Origin: Leucoraja erinacea
Lineage: Eukaryota
Direction: 5' to 3'
Length of the DNA stretch: 64,000 bases
NCBI RefSeq assembly: GCF_028641065.1
Contig: NC_073391.1
Location: forward strand, 43,028,001-43,092,000
Below, piece by piece: positions 1 through 12,035 of the stretch. Below the pieces are notes generated by a model. The model was not told where the DNA came from, did no database searches, and was given only the letters and a program-made list of their open reading frames with translations. The first letter of the stretch is position 1. Every line of letters begins with the position of its first letter. The translations under genes were made by a program, and so were the position numbers.

Positions 1-574
1 TGCGGAGTTTGTACATTCTCCCCGTGACTTGCGTGGGTTTTCCCCGGATGATCCGGTTTCCTCCTACACTCTAAAGACCTGCAGGTTTGTAGTTTGACGG
101 GCTTCAGTAATAATTGTAAATAATCCCTGGCATGTGGGGTAGTGCTAGTGTACGGGCTGATCAATGGTCAGCGCGGAGTCGGTGGGCCGAAGGGCCTGTT
201 TCCGCGCTGTAGACATCTAACAAATCTCCCCTTTATCCATTCTCCCCACTCTAGTACTATCCTAAAGATGTCTCCGGACACCCCCACAAATGTGCATATT
301 AGTCGCCTCTACTCTCTGATCATCCTCGCAAATAAACCACATATTTCTACTGTAGAGCTACGCTGGGCGAACTGCTGCCTCACAGCGCTAGATTTTGGCT
401 AACTGTCTGTGTGGGCCCTGTACGTTCTCCCCGTGACCAAGTGGGTTTCCTCCGGGTGCTCCGGTTTCCTGTGGAATCCCGAAGACGCGCGGGATTGTGG
501 GTTAATTGGCCTCTGTAGACTGCCCCCTAGTGGGCGGGGAGCGGGATGAGAAATTGGAACAACATAGAACTGGT

Positions 575-1135
575 GTGGACAAAAGTGCTGGAGAAACTCA
601 GCGGGTGCAGCAGCATCTACGGAGCAAAGGAAATAGGCAACGTTTCGGGCCGAAACCCTCCTTCATACTGATGATGTTGGGGGGGGGGGGGGGGGGGGCG
701 TAGAGAAGAAAGGAGAAGGAAGAGGAGGAGCCCAAGGGCTGAGGGAGAGCTGAGAAGGGGAGGAAACAGCAAGGGCTACCGGAAATTGGAGGTCAATGTT
801 TATGCCGCTAGGGTGCAGACTGCCCAAGCGGAATATGAGGCGCTGCTCCTCCAATTTCCGGTGGTGCTCACTCTGGCCATGGAGGAGGCCCAGGACAGAA
901 AGGTCGGATTTGGAATGGGAGGGGGAGTTGAAGTGCTGAGCCACCGGGAGATCAGGTTGGTTCATGCGGACCGAGCAGAGGTATTCGGCGAAACGATCGC
1001 CAAGCCTACTGCTTGGTCTCACCGATGTAGATCAGCTGACATCTAGAGCAGCGGATGCAAAAGGTGAGGTTGGAGGAGATGCAGGTGAACCTCTGCCTCA
1101 CCTGGAACGACTGCTTGGGTCCTTGAATGGAGTCG
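575..1135 (-). mobile_element. Penelope-like retroelement 3' fragment (GIY-YIG endonuclease end plus terminal repeat)
   Basis: Translation RLGDRFAEYLCSVRMNQPDLPVAQHFNSPSHSKSDLSVLGL...RKLEEQRLIFRLGSLHPSGIN; homologous to 47060-47580. Confidence 0.8.
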
Positions 1136-1211
1136 AGTGTGAACTACTCGAGTCGAACTAGTGTGAACGGGAGATCGATGGTCGGCGTGGACTCATTGGG
1201 CCAAGCGTGTA

Positions 1212-1550
1212 AGAAACATAGAAACATAGAAAATAGGTGCAGGAGTAGGCCATTCAGCCCTTCGAGCCTGCACCGCTATTCAATATGATCATGGCTGATC
1301 ATCCAACTCAGTATCCTGTACCTGCCTTCTCTCCATACCCCCTAATCCCTTTAGCCACAAGGGCCACATCTAACTCCCTCTGAAATATTGCCAATGAACT
1401 GGCCTCAACTACCTTCTGTGGCAGAGAATTCCAGAGGTTCGCCACTCTCTGCGTAAAAAATGTCTTTCTCATCTCAGTCCTAAAAGATTTCCCCTTTATC
1501 CTTAAACTGTGACCCCTTGTTCTGGACTTCCCCAACATCGGGAATAATCG
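1212..1550 (-). mobile_element. CR1 LINE 3' fragment
   Basis: SRTRGHSLRIKGKSFRTEMRK...RVANLWNSLP CR1 C-terminus; (TTCTATGT)n tail. Confidence 0.85.
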
Positions 1551-1766
1551 GGAAAGGAATGCAAATGTGAGATAACATAGAACTAGTGTGAACGGGTGAA
1601 CAATAGACGTGGATGTTTTGTGCATGGAATTAACCACCTATTCCACAGAACACAGATACATGAGAAAGGGCACCACATTTAGTGCAATTGAGCAAAGAAC
1701 ACAAAACTATTCTGACCAGCAGAGGGCGCCGTTGTTCCATTATTCCAAGTCATGGATACGTAATGT

Positions 1767-3350
1767 CAGATTCAGATTCAGATTCAGATTCAATTTTCAG
1801 TGTACAGTACAGAGACAACGAAATGCATTTAGCATCTCCCTTGAAGAGCGACATAGCAAACGATTTGAATAAAAAATAATAAGTGTCCGGGGGGTGGGTG
1901 GTGATTGGCAGTCACCGAGGTACGTTGTTGAGTAGAGTGACAGCCGCCGGAAAGAAGCTGTTCCTCGACCTGCTGATTCGGCAACGGAGAGACCTGTAGC
2001 GCCTCCCGGATGGTAGGAGGGTAAACAGTCCATGGTTGGGGTGAGAGCAGTCCTTGGCGATGCTGAGCGCCCTCCGCAGACAGCGCTTGCTTTGGACAGA
2101 CTCAATGGAGGGGAGCGAGGAACCGGCGTTGGGCAATTTTCACCACCCTCTGCAATGCCTTCCGGTCGGAGACAGAGCAGTTGCCATACCATACTGTGAT
2201 GCAGTTGGTAAGGATGCTCTCGATGGTGCAGCGGTAGAAGTTCACCAGGATCTGAGGAGACAGATGGACCTTCTTCAGTCTCCTCAGGAAGAAGAGACGC
2301 TGATGAGCCTTCTTGATCAGAGTAGAGGTATTGTGGGTCCAAGAGAGGTCATCGGAGATGTTGACTCCCAGGAACCTGAAGCTAGAAACACCTCCGTCCC
2401 GTTAATGTGAATGGGGGTGTGCGTGCCGCCTCTGGACTTCCTGAAGTCTACAATGAGCTCCTTGGTCTTCTTGGAGTTAAGGGCCAGGTTGTTGTCAGCG
2501 CACCATGCTGCTAAGTGCTGGACCTCCTCCCTGAAGGCCAGCTCATTGTTGTTGCTGATGAGGCCAATCACCGTTGAATCATCTCCATACTTGATGATGG
2601 TGTTAGTACCATGTACAGGTGTGCAGTCATAGGTGAAGAGGGAGTAGAGGAGGGGGCTCAGCACACAGCCCTGAGGAACGCCGGTGTTCAGGGTGAGGGT
2701 TGAAGAGGTGTGCTTGTCTAACCTCACAGACTGGGGTCTGTTGGTTAGAAAGTCCAGTATCCAGTTGCAGAGGGAGGGGTCGATGCCCAGGTTACCGAGT
2801 TTGGTGATCAGTTTTGATGGAATAATGGTGTTGAATGCTGAGCTGTAATCGATGAACAGCATTCTTACATAAGTGTCTCTGTTGTCGAGGTGGAAGAGGG
2901 CGGAGTGAAGTGCCGTTGAGATGGCATCCTCCGTACTCCTGTTCTTGCGGTAGGCAAACTGATAGGGATCCAGTGTGGGGGGTAGGCAGCTTTTGAGGTG
3001 TGCCAGGACCAGCCTCTCGAAGCACTTGGTGATGATGGGGGTAAGTGCAACTGGGCGGAAGTCGTTGAGGCTTGCCGCAGTGGAGTGTTTTGGCACTGGC
3101 ACGACGGAGGTGGCTTTAAGGCAAGTGGGGACAACTGCTTGGGCAAGTGACAGGTTGAAGATGTCAGTCCAGACGTCTGTCAGCTGCGCAGCACAGGCCC
3201 TGAGCACGCGCCCGGGGATGCCGTCAGGGCCACTAGCCTTACGTGCATTAGTCCTACTCAGTGCCACGTACACGTCGTAGGGGGTGAGTGTGAGGGGTTG
3301 GTGATCGGCAGGTAGCACAGCCTTGATGGCCGTCTCTAGATTGTCCCTGA
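1767..3350 (-). mobile_element. Rex1/Babar-type LINE, 5'-truncated and frameshifted reverse transcriptase
   Basis: ORF 2317-3318: [62 protein letters not shown]; C-terminus LPSGRRYRS; (TGAATC)n tail at 1767-1792. Confidence 0.88.
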
Positions 3351-3914
3351 CAATCTAGAGACAATGTCGGGACACATCTTAAGACGTTCCATGTTCTCCA
3401 CAGATGCTGCCTAACCTATTGAGTTACTCCAACAACTTGTGCCGTCTTTGAAGTCCAGTGAAGTCCGGATATAACATTGAAGTCAGATAAACTCAGTTAT
3501 AAAAAGAGGGTGTGAGCAGAGGAAACTGGGGGATGTTCATCTGGAGACATATAAAATCCTAAGGGGCATTGATAAGGTGAACATCCACAGTCTTTTTCAC
3601 TCGGGCAGTTCATATCTTCGTGTTCATAAGTGAGATGAGTAGAATTAGGCCATTTGGCCCATCACGTCTACTCCGATCTATCTCTCCCTCCTAACCCCAT
3701 TCTCCTGCCTTCTCCCCAGACACCCTGGCAGAGGTTGGTGGCACGGCGGTGCAAAGATGGAGTTGCTGCCTCACAGCGGCAGAGACCCGGGTTCGAACCC
3801 GACTAGCGGTGCTTGTCTGTACGGCGTTTGCACGTTCTCCTGGTGACCAGCGGGGGTTTTTTTTCCGGGATCTCCGGTTTCCTCCCTTACTCCAACCACG
3901 TGCAGGTTAGTAGG

Positions 3915-4365
3915 TAGGGTTGCCAACTTTCTCACTCACAAATAAGGGACAACAGGTCAAAATACAGGACAAATTCCCGACGGCAATTCGTTGACCGACT
4001 CGGCCGTGGCTGGGTGAATGATGAGTTGGCCCGGGTGCTGGACTGCACACAAAGCCCAGCCGGCGGGCCAGCTGAGGAGTTTTGCAAAGTCCGACTCATG
4101 ATCGGCCACGAGAAGGAAGGGTGGTGGTGTCGGCGGTAAGCGAAGGTCCGATGTTCGGACAGCTGGCCGGACTGCCGGCCGACGGGGCCACGGGCGAGGC
4201 GCTGCTGCTGCACTCCATGGGCTGCACTATGTCGGGATGGGAGAGGCGGGGCCGGACGCGAGTAGTAGCAGTCAAATACGGGACAATGGTGGTCCCGTAC
4301 GGGACAAACCAATTTAGCCCAAAAAACGGGATGTCCCAGCTAATACGGGACAGTTGGCAACCCTA
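3915..4365. mobile_element. hAT-type non-autonomous DNA transposon inserted in a V-SINE
   Basis: TIR TAGGGTTGCCAAC...GTTGGCAACCCTA; 8-bp TSD TTAGTAGG/TTAGTAGA; the SINE sequence resumes after it. Confidence 0.82.
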
Positions 4366-4444
4366 TTAGTAGATTAATTGGCTTTGGTAAAATGGTAAAT
4401 TGTCCCTAGTGTGAAGGATTAAGATTCATAGAATAGATTCATAA

Positions 4445-5005
4445 AAAATAGGTGCACGGGTAGGCCATTCGGCCCTTCGAGCCTGCACCGCCATTCAATA
4501 TGATCATGGCTGATCATCCAACTCAGTATCCTGTACCTGCCTTCTCTCCATACCCCCTGATCCCTTTAGCCACAAGGGCCACATCTAACTCCCTCTTAAA
4601 TATAGCCAATGAACTGGCCTCAACTACCTTCTGTGGCAGAGAGTTCCAGAGATTCACCACTCTCTGTGTGAAAAATGCTTTTCTCATCCCGGTCCCAAAG
4701 GATTTCCCCCTTATTCTTAAACTGTGACCCCTTGTTCTGGACTTCCCCAACATCGGGAACAATCGTCCTGCATCTAGCCTGTCCAACCCCTTAAGAATTT
4801 TGTAAGTTTCTATAAGATCCCCCCTCAATCTTCTAAATTCTAGCGAGTACAATCCGAGTCCATCCAGTCTTTCTTCATGTGAAAGTCCTGACATCCCAGA
4901 AATCAGTCTGGTGAACCTTCTCTGTACTCCCTCTATGGCAAGTATGTCTTTCCTCAGATTTGGAGACCAAAACTGTACGCAATACTCCAGGTGTGGTCTC
5001 ACCTG
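4445..5005 (-). mobile_element. CR1 LINE 3' fragment
   Basis: [19 protein letters not shown]...RGDLIETYKIL...RGHSLRI. Confidence 0.88.
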
Positions 5006-5189
5006 TTAGATCACGGGTGATCGCTGGTCGGCACGGACTTGCTGCGCATGTTTCCACAATGTATCTCTGAAGTCTAAAGTAAAGTCTACAGTTTAAAAGA
5101 ATCTAAACTTCAAGGGCAGAGGTTCAAGGTGAGAGAGTAATGAGAGTAAAAGGGACCCAAGAAGCATCTTGTACATGAAGAAAGTGCGA

Positions 5190-5660
5190 GGTACATGAAA
5201 ATGGATGAATATCTGTCAGAAGATACGGTACAGATGGGTACACACATTACTTTTTAACCACACAGGGGCAATAGACAATAGGTGCAGGAGTAGGCCATTC
5301 GGCCCTTCAAGCCAGAACCGTGATTCAATGTGATCACGGCTGATCATCCCCAATCAGTACCGGCAGGTAGACAGATAGGAAAGGTTTGGGGGAGATGTTA
5401 GCCAGGGGCTGCAGATGGATCTAGCTTGTTAAGGCAGCTTGGTTAGCATCGAGGAGATGGGGCTGAAGGGTCTGATCTGTGCTGTAGGACTCCTTGACCA
5501 TGCTTCTAAATAGGAGACATAGCTTTCGAATAAGGGGTCATCTATATAAAATGTTTTTAAGAGGAATTGTCGGAACTTCGCAAACCAAATAGGAGTGGCA
5601 ATTGAATTATTAAATGTGTTCACGGCCGATAAACGTTTGTACTTTTAATCTTGAGCATAA
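5190..5660 (+). repeat. Local direct duplication; second copy at ~8180-8540 abuts the copy A promoter
   Basis: Collinear match, e.g. ttaaggcagcttggttagcat...gctttcgaataa...aaatgtttttaagaggaat...taaatgtgttca in both copies. Confidence 0.75.
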
Positions 5661-6844
5661 CATTGGGACAAGTGGGAATAGGAATGTGGCCAAGATCAGA
5701 CTAATAGTAAACACAAAATGCTGGAGTGACTCAGCGGGTCATAGAAACATAGAAAATAGATGCTGGAGTAGGCCGTTCGGCCCTTCAAGCCAGCGCCGCC
5801 ATTCAATATGATCATGGCTGATCATCCAAAATCACGACCCGTTCCTGCTTCCTCCGCCTATCCCTTGACTCCGTTAGCGGTAAGAGCTAAATAAAGGGCC
5901 TGTCCCACTTGGCGGTTTTTTTTCCGGCGACTGCCGGCATCATTGACTGACGTATCAGGTCACCGAAGAATTCTCGGCGTGATGCGGCGGTGATGATGTA
6001 TTGAAGTGTCGCAACATTTATTTTGTGTCGCCGCTGGATTTTGAAATGTTCAAAATCTTTTGGCGACCCTGATATGACGCTGGCAGTCGCCGAAAAAAAA
6101 TCGTTAGCTCTCTATTGAATATATCCAGTCAATTGGCCTCCGCTGCCTTCTGTGGCAGAGAATTCCACAGATTCACAACTCCCCGGGAGAAAAAGTTGTT
6201 CCTCAACTCAGTCATAAATGGACTACCCCTTCTTCTTAAAGTCCTAAATGGCCTGTCCCTTATTCATAATGGCCTACCCCTTATTCTTAATCAGGAATTC
6301 TTAAAAGGAATAGGTGACGTTTCAGGTTGAGACCCTTCTTCAGATTGAAGATTGTAGAAGGGTCTCAACCAGAAACGTCACCTATTCCTTTTCTCCAGAG
6401 ATGCTGCCTGACCCGCTGAGTTACTGCAGCATTTTGTGTCTGCCTTCGGTGTAAACCAGCATCTGCAGTTCCTTCCGACACATTTTAACAGACTAATAGA
6501 ACAAGCAAGAGAGTTTGTTAATATGAAATTACAAGAAACTAAGTAACAAAGATGCCCCATGGATAAGACAGGTTTGGAGGGCGATGGACCAGGCGCAGGC
6601 AGGTGGGGCTAGTGTAGCTGGGATATGTTGGCCAGTGTGGGCAAGTTGGGCCGAAGGGCCTGTTTCCACACTGTATCACTCTGTGACTTTGCATCTGGCC
6701 CATATCCCACTAAACTGTCCCTACCCACATACCCGTCCCAATGTCTTTTAAATATTGTTATATTACCTGCCTCACCAACCTCCTCCGACAGCTCGTTCCA
6801 TACACCCACCACCCTCTGTGTAAAAACGTTGCCCCTCAGGTTCC

Positions 6845-7170
6845 GTCACGGTGGCGCAGCGGTAGAGTTGCTGCCTCACACCGCCAGAGACCCGAGTTCG
6901 ATCCTGACTGTGGGTGCTTGTCTGTGCGGAGTTCGTGCCTTCTCCCCGTGTCCCAGCGTGGGTTTTCTTCGAGATCTCCGGTTTCCTCCCGCACTCCAAA
7001 GGAGCGCAGGTTTGCAGGTTAATTGGCTTGGAATAAATGTAAATATTAAAATTGCAAGTTGTAAACTGCCCCTGGTGCATGTAGGACACTGTAAGTGCAC
7101 GGGCATCGCTGGTCGGCACGGTCTCGGTGGGCCGAAGGGCCTGTTTCCGCACCGTAGCTATAAAGTCTAA
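6845..7170 (+). mobile_element. tRNA-derived V-SINE (HE1-like), representative copy; others at ~1-215, 355-530, 3735-3914, 8750-9030(-), 18532-18800, 18885-19040(-), 28990-29517(-), 30275-30590(-), 31110-31395(-), 36000-36225(-), 48810-49045, 50185-50470, 55005-55530, 63130-63420
   Basis: A box TGGCGCAGCGG, B box GTTCGATCC, central V-domain ttctccccgtg...ggtttcctccc, and LINE-shared tail gggccgaagggcctgtttcc. Confidence 0.82.
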
Positions 7171-7399
7171 AGTCAGGGGGTTTGCCAGAGGTGATGAGAT
7201 GGGTGACGATCTGGGAGGTGGTGGCATGGTGCGTGTCCACGGGCTCATGGTCAAGGATAGACAAGTGGATGGCAGCACGGTGGCACAGCGGTAGAGTTGT
7301 AGCCTTACAGCACTTGCAGCGCCAGACACCCTGGTTCGATCCGGGTTCAATGGGCCGAAGGGCATGTTTCCGCGCTGTGGGGGAGGGGGGGGGAGTCAG

Positions 7400-7830
7400 T
7401 CTCAGTCTACCCCACGACAGAAGGGGGAGGAGTTGTACAGTTTGATAGCCAAAGGGAAGAAGGATCTCCTGTGGCGTTCCGTCCTGTATCTCGGTGGAAC
7501 CAGTCTGTTGCTGAAGGTGCTCCTCAGGTTGACCAGTGTGTCATGGAGGAGGTGAGCTGTATTGTCCAGGATGCTCCGCAGTTTGAGGAGCATCCTCCCC
7601 TCCAAGACCAACCTCCCGTGAACCCAACTCCACCCCCAGGACGGAGCCAGCCTTCCCGATGAGTTTGTTGATCCTGTTGGCACCCGCGGCCTTTGCCCTG
7701 CTGCCCCGGCACAAGGCAGCAAAGAAGATAGCACTGGCCACCACCGATTGGTAGAACATCTGCAGCATCTCACTGCAGAAGGAGCGGAGCGGAGAGTACT
7801 CTCAAAAAGTACAGCCAGCTCTGTCACTTC
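7400..7830 (-). mobile_element. Rex1/Babar-type LINE C-terminal fragment
   Basis: MLQMFYQSVVASAIFFA...RINKLIGKAGSVLG and RTERHRRSFFPLAIKLYN across frameshifts. Confidence 0.7.
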
Positions 7831-7849
7831 TCGTATAGGGCCTCAGCAT

Positions 7850-8100
7850 AGAAACATAGAAACATAGAAATTAGGTGCAGGAGTAGGCCATTCGGCCCTT
7901 CGAGCCTGCACTGCCATTCAATATGATCATGGCTGATCATCCAACTCAGTATCCCGTACCTGCCTTCTCTCCATACCCCCTGATCCCCTTAGCCACAAGG
8001 GCCACATCTAACTCCCTCTTAAATATAGCCAATGAATTGGCCTCAACTACCCTCTGTGGCAGAGAGTTCCAGAGATTCACCACTCTCTGCGTGAAAAAAG
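7850..8100 (-). mobile_element. CR1 LINE 3' end
   Basis: Near-identical to 1212-1460 and 4445-4680; (ACATAGAA)n tail on the plus strand. Confidence 0.85.
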
Positions 8101-8576
8101 TTCAGCATCCCTGGACCAGTCCAGTTTACTGTCCAGGTACACTCCAACGTATTAGTACTCCCTGGTAAACTGATGTAAAGATACATCTGTCAGAAGGTAA
8201 GGTAGAGATGGGTACAAGTATGACTTTTAAAACACACAACAGCAGGTAGACAGATAGGAAAGGTTTGGGGGGAATGTTAGTCAGGTGCTGCAGATGGGTC
8301 TAGCTTGTTAAGGCAGCTTGGTTAGCATTGAGTAGATGGGGCTGAAGGGTCTGATCTGTGCTGAAGAACTCCCTGACTATATTTCTAAATAGGAGACCTA
8401 GCTTTCGAATAAAGGGGTCATCGATTTAAAATGTTTTTAAGAGGAATCGTCGGATCTCCGCAAAATAAAAATAGGAGTGGCAATGAATCATTAAATGTGT
8501 TCAAGGCTGATAAACTTTTCTACTCTTAATTTCGAGCATGGGGATGAACTATCTGGACTCAGCCCACCCAGTGGAC

Positions 8577-8583
8577 TATAAAA
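8577..8583 (+). promoter_or_regulatory. TATA box of IFIT copy A (no ISRE upstream)
   Basis: ggacTATAAAAacacc, 70 nt upstream of the ATG, same spacing as the other copies. Homology to the other promoters ends at ~8543, just where their ISRE begins. Confidence 0.7.
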
Positions 8584-8606
8584 ACACCGCCCACTGTCTC
8601 TGGTCC

Positions 8607-8651
8607 AGCCAGTTCTCGGAAGGAAGACGGAATCCTGAACAGCAGCATGAG
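8607..8651 (+). pseudogene. IFIT5-like: IFIT copy A exon 1 (5' UTR plus ATG-AG, coding nt 8647-8651; 5' edge estimated from the TATA box)
   Basis: gcagcATGAG|gtaagg at 8647-8657, TATAAAA at 8577-8583, near-identical to the exon 1 blocks at 20940, 50579 and 63526. ATG-AG plus the first C of exon 2 gives Met-Ser in frame. Confidence 0.8.
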
Positions 8652-9871
8652 GTAAGGGACATCTTCACTCTGCACAATGATATCGGAGATCAGGACCTTC
8701 TCAAGGCACTGACGCCGACATTAGCCGGGTGAGTGGAGAAGTTCTCAGAATAGAGATACAGCGCGGAAATAGCAACTGCGGCTCACCGAGTCCACCCGAC
8801 AAGCGATCCCCGCACATTAACACTATCCTGCACTCACTGGGGACAATTTACATTGATACCAAGCCAATTAACCTACAAACCTGTACGTCGTTGGGGTGTG
8901 GGGGGAAACTGAAGATCTTGGAGGAAACTCACACAGGTCACGGGGAGAACGTACAGCCAAGAGCCCGTAGTCAGGATCGAACCCAGGTCTCTGGTGCTGA
9001 AAGGTAATAGCTCTACCGCTGCGCCAACCCCGTCACCCGTTAGGAGTTGAGAGGTCATGTTACACTTATATAAGACATTGGTCGGGCCACATTTAGAGTA
9101 TATGGCGTGTTGAATTTTGGGCACCGTGTTATATGTCAAGCTGGAAAGGGTGCAGAGAAGATCTATCAGGGTGTTGCCAGTAATCGAGGGTTTGAGCTAT
9201 AGGGAGAGGTTGAGCAGGCTGGGTCTTTATTCCTTGGAGTGTAGGAGGATGAGGGGTGATCTTATAGAGGTGTTTAAAATCATGAGAGGAATATATGGGA
9301 TTAATGTATAGAGTCTATTTTTACCCAGAATCAAGAACCAGAGGACATAGGTTTAAGGTGAGAGGGGGGGGGGGGGTTTAATAGGGACCCGAGGGGCAAC
9401 TTTTTTACAGAAAGGGCGGTAGGTGCATGGAACGAGCTGCCGGAGGAGGTAGTTGAAGCAAGTTCTATCGCTGCGTTTAAAAATCATTTGGACAGGTACA
9501 GGACAGTTTTAGAGGGTTTATGGGGAAAAGCCAGGAGAATGGCACTGAGGGGAAAGATAGATCAGGCATGATAGAATGGCGGAGTGGATTCGATGCCCTA
9601 ATTCTGTCAAATGGCCTAATTCTGCTCTATGATTTATGAACTTACGATTAATTCTAAATTAGGATAGTGTAGAGATACAGCGCAGAACCAAGCCCTTCCA
9701 CGGTGACCAGTGACCACCCCATACACTCACACTATTCTACACGCAAGGGACTATTTACAGTTCTCGGAGAAAACCTACGCATGTCATGGGGAGAACGTGC
9801 AAACTCCATACAGACAAGCATTGTTATCATTACAGTGTTGTCATTCTTATCCACGATGCACCTATCCACTT

Positions 9872-10885
9872 ATAGTAGTGGCCTGAGGACCTAGGGTGAC
9901 GGGGGAACTGAAGGAAATCCACATTAGGCAAGAAATGGTGTTGGATAGACTGATGGGACTGAAGGCTGATAAATCCCCAGGGCCTGATGGTCTGCATCCC
10001 AGGGCACTTAAGGAAGTGGCTCTAGAAATCATGGATGCATTGGTGATAATTTTCCAATGTTCTATAGACTAAGGATCAGTTCCTGTGGATTGGAGGGTAG
10101 CTAATGTTATCCCACTTTGTAAGAAAGGCAGGAGAGAGAAAACAGGGAATTGTAGATCAGTTAGCCTGACATCGGTGGTGGGGATGATGCTGGAGTCAAT
10201 TATAAAAGATGAAATAGCCTGGATAGCAGTAACAGGATCGGTCCGAGTCAGCATGAATTTACGAAGAAGAAATCATGCTTGACTAATCTTTTGGAATTTT
10301 TTGAAGGTGTAACGAGGAAAATGGACAGGGGAGAGCCAGTGGATGTAGTGTACCTGGACTTTCAGAAAGCATTTGATAAGGTCCCACTTAGGAGATTAGT
10401 GGGCAAAATTAGGGCACATGGTATTGGGGGTAGAGTGCTGACATGGATACAGAAGTGGTTGGCAGACAGGAAACAAAGAGTAGGGATTAACGGGTCCCTT
10501 TCAGAATGGCAAGCAGTGACTAGAGGGGTACCGCCAGGTTCGGTGCTGGGACCGCAGCTATTTGCAATATACATCAATGATTTGGATGAAGGGATTCAAA
10601 GTAACATTAGCAAATTTGCAGATGACACAAATGTGGGTGGCAGTGTGAACTGTGAGGAGGATGCTATGAGAATGCAGGGTGACTTGGACAGAGTCTGAGG
10701 AATTCTCGGCCTCAGAGGGCGGTGGAGGCAGGTTCTCTGGATGCTTTCAAGAGAGAGCTAGATAGGGTTCTTAAAAAAAGCGCAGTCAGGGGATATGGGG
10801 CGAATGGGGTACAGATTGGGGATGATCAGCCATGATCACATTGAATGGCGGTGCTGGCTCGAAGGGCCGAATGGCCTACTCCCGC
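9872..10885 (+). mobile_element. Internally deleted CR1 LINE in intron A (same insertion as the long CR1 in intron C)
   Basis: YLDFQKAFDKVP, GVPPGSVLGP, KFADDT; same downstream flank as 41150-40900. Confidence 0.82.
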
Positions 10886-11226
10886 ACCTCTTGTCTATTG
10901 TCTATAACCCCCCCCTCGCACCAATCAGCGTTCAGGGAAGGCCTCACACGTCCCCGTGAACGCAACGCACGCCCGGAAGAGGGGCAGGTGGTCGACAGGC
11001 AGAACCCTCGACTGTCCATCGCTGGGACCTGTGAGTGGCAGCATCTTGGTCGGCGGCCATCTTCGGCAGGCCCAGCGGCAAACGGACAGGGAGGTCCCCC
11101 TTCCACCCACTGAACAACCGACCAAACCTCCCTATTCTGTTCCGGGCAACCTAAGATCAGGAGCGTGGGGCTGAAATGCAGCTAAAACTTGAGGAGCTTT
11201 TTTTGCCTTGTGCTATTCAGTCAGCA

Positions 11227-11933
11227 CAGGCACGGGATTCGCTATCAAAATATGGAGGGGGCCGGGGGACACAATTTCTTGGCGGCCACGCGCGCATGCG
11301 CACACTCACACACACGCGCGAGGCACAATCCAGCGCTAAATGCAGCTCAACTCTGCCTGTCTCGCCGGGTTAACCTGCAGCCCTACCTGGACTGACGGGA
11401 CGCCAACGCTGCTTCTCCGTGCTGGCTGTAAACCTGGCCGATATTTCCCGCAAGTCCAGGCAGGGCTGTAGGTTAACCTGGTGGGACAGGCAGAGTTGAG
11501 CTGGGTTTAGCACTGCTTCTCTGTGCTGGCTGTGAGCCTGGGGGCACCGCGCCCAACGTCTCTGGCCACCCCCGGGGGGGGGGCACTCAGGTGGGGACGG
11601 GCACTCAGGTGGGGACGGGCAGCACAGGTGAGCCGGGATCGATCCTGGCTGCGGATGAGGCACAGGTCGGTGCCAAGAGCGTTTTGGCACGTCTCCCTCC
11701 TCCAATCACCGCACCCTATCCTCAGTCCCATCCCCATTGCCTGCTGACCGACGTCTCTCTCGTCCAATCGGCGCCGTCGATCAGCAGTCCCACCCCCACT
11801 GTCTCGCGGAAAGCAGAGATTTCTCCGGATTTTAAAATCCGGATTACAAAAAATGCGGGGTATTGTCCCCCATCTCCCAAAATAGGGGGGGGGGGACGTG
11901 TCCCCCCCTGGCCCCCCGGGATTTCCGCCCCCG
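11227..11933. mobile_element. hAT-type non-autonomous DNA transposon specific to intron A
   Basis: Perfect 8-bp TSD AGTCAGCA (11219-11226 and 11934-11941); empty site in copy C at ~40830-40850; imperfect termini CAGGCACGGGATTC / CGGGGGCGGAAATC; short internal tandem repeats. Confidence 0.8.
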
Positions 11934-12035
11934 AGTCAGCAGAATGACTATACATGATTACAATCAAGCTGTCCACAGTACACAGATCCAGGAAAAAGGG
12001 AGTAACGTTTAGTCCAAGGTAAAGTCCGATAAAAG

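Noticed and set aside
8538-8732. Recurrent small ORF NY(L/V)DSAHPVDYKNTAHC...PEQQHEVRDIFTLH at all four exon 1 regions
   Set aside because: It reads through the TATA box, exon 1 and splice donor and has different starts in each copy. Its recurrence reflects the duplicated promoter, not a peptide.
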